Shown piece by piece: positions 58,633 through 64,000 of a DNA stretch of 64,000 bases (the first letter of the stretch is position 1; every line of letters starts with the position of its first letter). Below the pieces are notes generated by a model. The model saw only the letters and a list, made by a program, of their open reading frames with translations, made no database searches and was not told the DNA's origin. Source of the stretch: Acidobacteriota bacterium (lineage in GTDB: Bacteria > Acidobacteriota > Terriglobia > 20CM-2-55-15); NCBI GenBank assembly GCA_022821145.1, contig JAJEEE010000057.1:4213-68212 (forward strand), written 5' to 3'. A program made the position numbers and the translations under genes.

Positions 58633-59031
58633 TCACTCCTGGATCGCGAAGCTGTCCGATGCCAGGGTCCGCCCGCCGGCGTCGCGGATCTCGACCGTCC
58701 ACTCGCCGGTCCATTCCGGCAACAGCGTCTTCCGGCTCCACGTCCTCCAGGAGGGGCTGCCCACGTCGAGGGGCACGACCCACTCCAGGTCCTTGTATCT
58801 CCAGACATGTTCGATGGTCGTCCCGGACAGGCCGATCGCGCGTGTCCACGCAACGACGTGCTCCTGGCCGGCCGGAAACGTCCGCTTCGGATCGACGGGT
58901 TGCCGGTCGACAACGTCCCCGGCAAGGACCAGCTCGACGCGGGCCTCCGGTTCTTGCGCGGCCGATGCGACGGCGACGCACGCCAACATCGCGACCGCGA
59001 ACCCCGAACGACGAAACGCTCTTTCCTTCAT
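58633..59031 (-). CDS. Exported DUF2914-like protein
   Basis: Signal peptide; IEHVW, SPSWRTWSRK, GEWTVEI. Confidence 0.8.
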   Translation of the reverse strand: MKERAFRRSGFAVAMLACVAVASAAQEPEARVELVLAGDVVDRQPVDPKRTFPAGQEHVVAWTRAIGLSGTTIEHVWRYKDLEWVVPLDVGSPSWRTWSRKTLLPEWTGEWTVEIRDAGGRTLASDSFAIQE

Positions 59032-59084
59032 GGCAACCTCCCGTTGTGCGCGGGCGGGTGAATTCCCTTCCCGGTCCGTCGCGT

Positions 59085-59100
59085 TGCACGCACCGTTCCA
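59085..59100 (-). promoter_or_regulatory. Possible sigma54 -24/-12 promoter
   Basis: TGGAACG-GTGC-GTGCA with GG-N10-GC spacing, upstream of the DUF2914 gene. Confidence 0.35.
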
Positions 59101-59240
59101 TTCCGGCAAGTCGTTGAACAGGCGTGGGATGGCGGAATAGTCCGCTTTCCGGAAAGAACCCGAAAACGGGAATAATTCCCTACTCCGGGTTCGGCGCGTA
59201 TGTCAGAATTGGCCGAACGCTTTCGACCGAGGAATCGACG

Positions 59241-60797
59241 ATGCGGATTCCACAGCTCGCTCTGCCGTTTTTCGTCGCGACCGTCGCGACGGGCGCCGCG
59301 TTCGGAGCCCAGGACACACACCCCCTGATCGAAGCGTCGGAGAACGGCGACCTCCCGAGGGTCCGCACGCTGCTGGCCGAGGGCGCCGACCCCGACGCCC
59401 GGCGCATCGACGGCACGACGAGTCTCCATTGGGCCGTCCACTCCGATCACGCCGAAACGGCCGTGCTTCTGCTCGAGGCCGGCGCCGACGCGCGGGCCGG
59501 GGACCGTTACGGGATCACGCCGCTGCACCTGGCCGCCGTCAACGGCAACGCGGCGCTGATCGCACGTCTGCTCGAGGCCGGCGCGGACGCCAACGCCGTG
59601 GCGCCCACGGGAGACACCGCGCTGATGACGGCGACGCGCACGGGCCAACCGGACGCCGTCAGCGTGCTGCTCGAGGCCGGCGCCCGCGTCGACGCGCGCG
59701 ACGCGGAGTTCCAACAGACCGCGTTGATGCTGGCGGTGCGCGAGAACCACCCCCGCGTAGCGGAGATGCTGATCGCGAGCGGCGCCGACGTCGACGCTCG
59801 GACGCGCGTGGGGGCGACGCCCGAGTTCCAGCCGCCGTGCAAGGGCACCGGGTGCGGCTCCGAGGGCGTGGGCATCAACCGCGGCGGGTTGCCCGACCGG
59901 GGACGGCGCGCCGAGACCCGGGGCGGCATGACGCCGCTGCTCTACGCGGCGCGCGAGGGGCGGATCGAGGCCGCGCGGCTCTTGATCGCGGCGGGCGCCG
60001 ACGTGGAGCGGGCCGAGGCCAACGGCATCCGGCCCCTGCTGATGTCCGTCCTCAACAACCGGCTCGACGTCGCGCGCCTGCTCCTGGACAGCGGCGTGGA
60101 CCTCAACGCCGACGACTTCTGGGGCCGCCGGCCGCTTTGGGCCGCCGTGGAGTACCGCAACCTGGACATGAACAACCGCGACCAGGACAGCCCCACCCAC
60201 AACGGCGTCGACCGGGCGCCGATCCTGGAGTTCATCCGCGTCCTGCTCGACGGCGGGGCCGATCCGAACGCGCGGACGCGGGAAGTGCCGCCGTCCCGGC
60301 GTTGGCTCTACTCGCTGGGCGACGTCTCCTGGGTGGACTTCACCGGCCAGACGCCGTTCCTTCGGGCCGCACTGTCGGGGGACACGGTCGCGATGCGGCT
60401 GCTGCTGGAATACGGCGCCGATCCGAATCTGCCGACATTCGCCGGCACGACGCCGCTGATGGCCGCCTCCGGGGTCAACTGGGTCGTCGCCCAGACCTAC
60501 ACGGAATCCGGCGCGGCGGTGATCGAAGCGGTCCGGCTGTGCCTGGAGCTCGGCGCGGACGTCAACGCCACGAACTCGATGGGCCTGTCGGCGCTGCTGG
60601 GGGCCGCCAACCGGGGCTCCAACGACATCATTCGCATCCTGGTCGACAACGGCGCACACCTGGACGTGGTGGACCGGGAGGGGCGGACGGCCATCCGGTG
60701 GGCGGAAGGCGTCTTCCTGGCCGCGGTCGGCGCGGAGCGCAAACCCCAGACGATCGCGCTGCTCGAGGAGTTGATGGCCGCGACGGCGGCGCCCTGA
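59241..60797 (+). CDS. Exported ankyrin-repeat protein, system 2
   Basis: Signal peptide; repeated GxTxLHxA/GxTPLxxA motifs; paralog of the ankyrin part of 41703..43544. Confidence 0.9.
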   Translation: MRIPQLALPFFVATVATGAAFGAQDTHPLIEASENGDLPRVRTLLAEGADPDARRIDGTTSLHWAVHSDHAETAVLLLEAGADARAGDRYGITPLHLAAVNGNAALIARLLEAGADANAVAPTGDTALMTATRTGQPDAVSVLLEAGARVDARDAEFQQTALMLAVRENHPRVAEMLIASGADVDARTRVGATPEFQPPCKGTGCGSEGVGINRGGLPDRGRRAETRGGMTPLLYAAREGRIEAARLLIAAGADVERAEANGIRPLLMSVLNNRLDVARLLLDSGVDLNADDFWGRRPLWAAVEYRNLDMNNRDQDSPTHNGVDRAPILEFIRVLLDGGADPNARTREVPPSRRWLYSLGDVSWVDFTGQTPFLRAALSGDTVAMRLLLEYGADPNLPTFAGTTPLMAASGVNWVVAQTYTESGAAVIEAVRLCLELGADVNATNSMGLSALLGAANRGSNDIIRILVDNGAHLDVVDREGRTAIRWAEGVFLAAVGAERKPQTIALLEELMAATAAP

Positions 60798-60801
60798 GTT
60801 C

Positions 60802-63084
60802 ATGATCTACGCGTTGTCCAGCTTCCTGGTCCCGGCTCTCGCGCTCGGCGCGGCCCAGGAAGGGGGGAGACTCGAGCCGGGGGAGCTGCTGGAGGCGTAT
60901 TGCGTCACCTGCCATAACGCGGCGCTCCTCGCGGGCGAACTCGACCTGAACGCGCTCGATCCGGACCGCGTGGGCGACGACGCGGAGACGTGGGAACGCG
61001 TGGTGCGGAAGCTGCGGACGGGCCTGATGCCGCCGGCCGGCGCCCGACGGCCCGACCGCGCGGCGTTGGACGCATTCGCCGCGGGCCTGGAGGACGCGCT
61101 CGATCGCGCCGCGTCGCTCCGGCCCAACCCCGGGGCGCCGGTGCTGCACCGCCTCAACCGGGCCGAGTACGCCAACGCCGTGCGGGATCTTCTGGACCTG
61201 CCGGTCGACGCGGCGGCGCTTCTGCCCGCCGACGATTCCAGCAACGGCTTCGACAACGTCGCCGCCGCCCTGAACGTGTCCCCGGCCCTGATGCAGGCCT
61301 ATGTCGCGGCGGCGGGCAAGATCAGCCGGATGGCCGTGGGCGACGCGACCATCAGCCCGGCGCGCACGACGTACCGCCCCGCCCGCGGCCTCTCGCAGGA
61401 CAACCACATCGAGGGTCTGGGCCTGGGAACGCGCGGCGGCATGGCCGTCGACCACGTGTTTCCGCTCGACGCCGAGTACGTCTTCGATATCGGCCGGTCC
61501 GGCGGCGGGTTCGGCCAAGCCACGACGGGCGGCTCCGAAGCGGTCGAGATCGCCATCGACGGCGAGCGCGTCGCGCTGGCCGCCCCGGACGGGCTTCGGG
61601 GCATCCGGCTGCGCGTAGAGGCGGGTCCGCGCCGGGTCACCGCGGCCGTCGTCTCGACGAGAAGCGCCGTGGGCGTCGACGACCTTTACTCCCGGCTGGC
61701 GGTCAGCCCCGGCGTCGCCAACGTCTCGATCTTCGGACCCTTCGACCCGACGGGTCCCGGCGACACGCCGAGCCGCCGGCGCATATTCTCGTGCCGGCCG
61801 GCGGCGGAAGCCGGGGAACGCGCCTGCGCGATGGAGATCCTGGGCGCGCTGGCCCGACGCGCGTTCCGGCGGGCCGTCGACGACGCGGATCCCAAGATGG
61901 AGACGCTGATGGGGTTCTTCGAGTCCGGGCGCGAGCTCCGCGGATTCGAGACCGGAATCCAATACGGGGTGGCGCGCATCCTGGTCGATCCCGAGTTCGT
62001 CTTCCGGTTCGAAGACGAACCGTCGGCACTGGCCGACGGCCGCGTCTACGAGCTGGACGGCCTGGAACTGGCCACGCGGCTCTCGTTCTTTCTCTGGAGC
62101 AGCATCCCGGACGCGAGGCTTCTCGACGCCGCCGCCGCGGGGCGGCTCTCGGATCCCGAGGCGCTGGAAGCCGAAGCGCGGCGCATGCTGGCCGATCGGC
62201 GCGCCGGCGCGCTGGTCGAGAACTTCGCCAGCCAGTGGCTGCTGCTCCGGCAACTGGATACGGTGGCGCCCGCGTCCAACGACTTCGACGGCAACCTGCG
62301 CCGCTCGTTCCGCCGCGAGACCGAGATGCTCTTCGAGAGCATCCTGCGGGAAGACCGCAGCATCATGGACCTGATCGACGCCGACTACACGTTCATCGAC
62401 GAACGCCTGGCGCGGCACTACGGCGTCCCGAACGTCCGCGGAAGCCGGTTTCGGCGCGTCAGCGTCGAGGACGAGCACCGCCGGGGCCTGCTGGGGCACG
62501 GCAGCGTCCTTACGGTCACCTCGGCCGTCAACCGGACGTCGCCGGTCAAGCGCGGTCACTGGATCCTGGAGAACCTGCTCGGCGCGACGGTGCCGCTGCC
62601 GCCGCCCGGAGTGGAATCGAATCTGGACGAGAGCGCGGACGCGGGGCCGGCGCCAGCCTCCATGCGCCGGCGCCTGGAACGCCATCGAGCGGACCCGGCG
62701 TGCGCAAGCTGCCACGCCATCATGGACCCGATCGGTTTCGCGCTGGAAAACTTTGACTCCGTCGGCAAATGGCGCGATGCTGACGGTGGCGCCCCGATCG
62801 ACGCGAGCGGCGAGATGGCCGACGGAACGGCGATCGACGGGCCGGCGAGCCTGCGGCGCGCGCTCATGGATCGGAGGGACGCGTTCGCGGCCGTCGCCGT
62901 CGAGAAGCTCCTGACCTACGCGCTGGGACGCACGGTGGATCACGACGACATGCCCGCCGTGCGGTCCATCGTCCGGGGAGCGGCCTCCGACGACTACCGC
63001 CTCTCGTCGCTGGTGCTGGGCGTGGTCGCAAGCGACGCGTTTCGATCGAAGATCAAGGTGTCCGACGAGGCTCGGGATCGATAG
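60802..63084 (+). CDS. Exported DUF1587/1595/1592/1588/1585 diheme protein, system 2
   Basis: CVTCH plus MPP, RLNRAEY, GFDN, LATRLSFFLWSSIPD, TSPVKRGHWIL, CASCH, TYALGR. Confidence 0.92.
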   Translation: MIYALSSFLVPALALGAAQEGGRLEPGELLEAYCVTCHNAALLAGELDLNALDPDRVGDDAETWERVVRKLRTGLMPPAGARRPDRAALDAFAAGLEDALDRAASLRPNPGAPVLHRLNRAEYANAVRDLLDLPVDAAALLPADDSSNGFDNVAAALNVSPALMQAYVAAAGKISRMAVGDATISPARTTYRPARGLSQDNHIEGLGLGTRGGMAVDHVFPLDAEYVFDIGRSGGGFGQATTGGSEAVEIAIDGERVALAAPDGLRGIRLRVEAGPRRVTAAVVSTRSAVGVDDLYSRLAVSPGVANVSIFGPFDPTGPGDTPSRRRIFSCRPAAEAGERACAMEILGALARRAFRRAVDDADPKMETLMGFFESGRELRGFETGIQYGVARILVDPEFVFRFEDEPSALADGRVYELDGLELATRLSFFLWSSIPDARLLDAAAAGRLSDPEALEAEARRMLADRRAGALVENFASQWLLLRQLDTVAPASNDFDGNLRRSFRRETEMLFESILREDRSIMDLIDADYTFIDERLARHYGVPNVRGSRFRRVSVEDEHRRGLLGHGSVLTVTSAVNRTSPVKRGHWILENLLGATVPLPPPGVESNLDESADAGPAPASMRRRLERHRADPACASCHAIMDPIGFALENFDSVGKWRDADGGAPIDASGEMADGTAIDGPASLRRALMDRRDAFAAVAVEKLLTYALGRTVDHDDMPAVRSIVRGAASDDYRLSSLVLGVVASDAFRSKIKVSDEARDR

Positions 63085-63095
63085 AGGAGACGACG

Positions 63096-64000
63096 ATGTT
63101 CATCACCCGGAAACACCTTTCCCGCCGCACGTTCCTCCGCGGCACGGGCGCGGTCGTGGCGCTGCCGTTCCTGGAATCCATGGTCCCGGCGCAGACGCCG
63201 CTGGCCCGGACGGCGGCCAGTCCGCGAACCCGGCTGGGGTGCATCTACATTCCTCACGGCGCGACCATGGACAAGTGGACACCCCTGGGCGAGGGCCGCG
63301 ACTTCGCGTTCTCGGAGATCCTCCAGCCGCTGGAACCATTCCGGGAACGCGTGTGCGTCGTCAGCGACCTGGCGCACGCGCAGGTCGCGCCCTGGGAAGG
63401 CGAGGACACCGGCGGCGCCGAGAACCACGTCCGGGCCGCGGCGGTCTTCCTGAGCGGCGCGCACCCGGTGAAGGGCGACACGGCCGTCGTCGGACCGTCC
63501 GTCGACCAGGTTGCCGCCGCCCACGCGGGGCAGGACACGCCGCTGCCGTCCATCGAGCTGTCGATCGAGGCCGTGGGCCTGAACTGCGATTCGGGTTTCA
63601 CCTGCGCCTACCGCAACACGCTGTCCTGGAAGTCCGAAACGCTCCCGCTGCCGATGGAGAACAACCCCCAGATCGTGTTCGAGCGGCTCTTCGGCGACGG
63701 CAGCACGGACGCGGAGCGCCGCGAACGGCGGCGGCTGTCCCAAAGCCTGCTCGATTCCGTCCGGACCAAGGCGGCGTCGCTGGGGCGCGACCTTCCCGCC
63801 CCCGACCGCGTCCGGCTCGATGAGTACCTGGAACAGGTCCGCGAGATCGAGCGCCGGGTGCTGCTGTTCGACGAGCGGCTCTCGACCGGCCTGGAGCTGC
63901 CGGAGGCCCCCGTCGGCGTGCCGAGCGATTTCGAGGAGCACCTGGACCTGATGTTCGACCTGCAGGTCCTGGCGTACCGAGCCGAGATCACGCGCATCTC
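63096..64000 (+). CDS. DUF1552 Tat-exported protein, system 2 (runs off the window end)
   Basis: MFITRKHLSRRTFLRG, CDSGFTC, ENNPQIVFERLFG; absent from the ORF track because no stop falls in the window. Confidence 0.9.
   Translation, partial: MFITRKHLSRRTFLRGTGAVVALPFLESMVPAQTPLARTAASPRTRLGCIYIPHGATMDKWTPLGEGRDFAFSEILQPLEPFRERVCVVSDLAHAQVAPWEGEDTGGAENHVRAAAVFLSGAHPVKGDTAVVGPSVDQVAAAHAGQDTPLPSIELSIEAVGLNCDSGFTCAYRNTLSWKSETLPLPMENNPQIVFERLFGDGSTDAERRERRRLSQSLLDSVRTKAASLGRDLPAPDRVRLDEYLEQVREIERRVLLFDERLSTGLELPEAPVGVPSDFEEHLDLMFDLQVLAYRAEITRI

Overview
High-GC (roughly 70%) bacterial window. The DUF1592/DUF1552/ankyrin loci, DUF6152 genes and many exported proteins point to an Acidobacteriota-like (Vicinamibacteria-like) host, possibly marine or sponge-associated; this taxonomy is inferred, not tested. 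The housekeeping backbone includes cysG-hemD, ttcA, xseA, fbaB, ndk, sucCD, pyk, ino1, recQ and hflKC. Interleaved with it are: an 11-gene Mrp-type Na+/H+ antiporter operon with three MrpD-like subunits; two paralogous, gene-order-permuted DUF1592-DUF1552-ankyrin exported heme systems; a mirror-arranged DUF6152 cassette; a diiron protein/diheme cytochrome pair; five toxin-antitoxin loci, three of them with a broken or missing toxin; and a lower-GC two-gene island. That island carries an AAA/DUF4143 ATPase translationally coupled to a 1370-aa NACHT-like NTPase with a C-terminal restriction-fold domain and is the best candidate for an undescribed defence system. A long intergenic hairpin at 16.0-16.2 kb shares a 17-bp exact motif with another intergenic region 34 kb away. 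I found no rRNA, tRNA, CRISPR array, transposase or integrase. All family assignments come from motif recognition by eye; no database searches were run.
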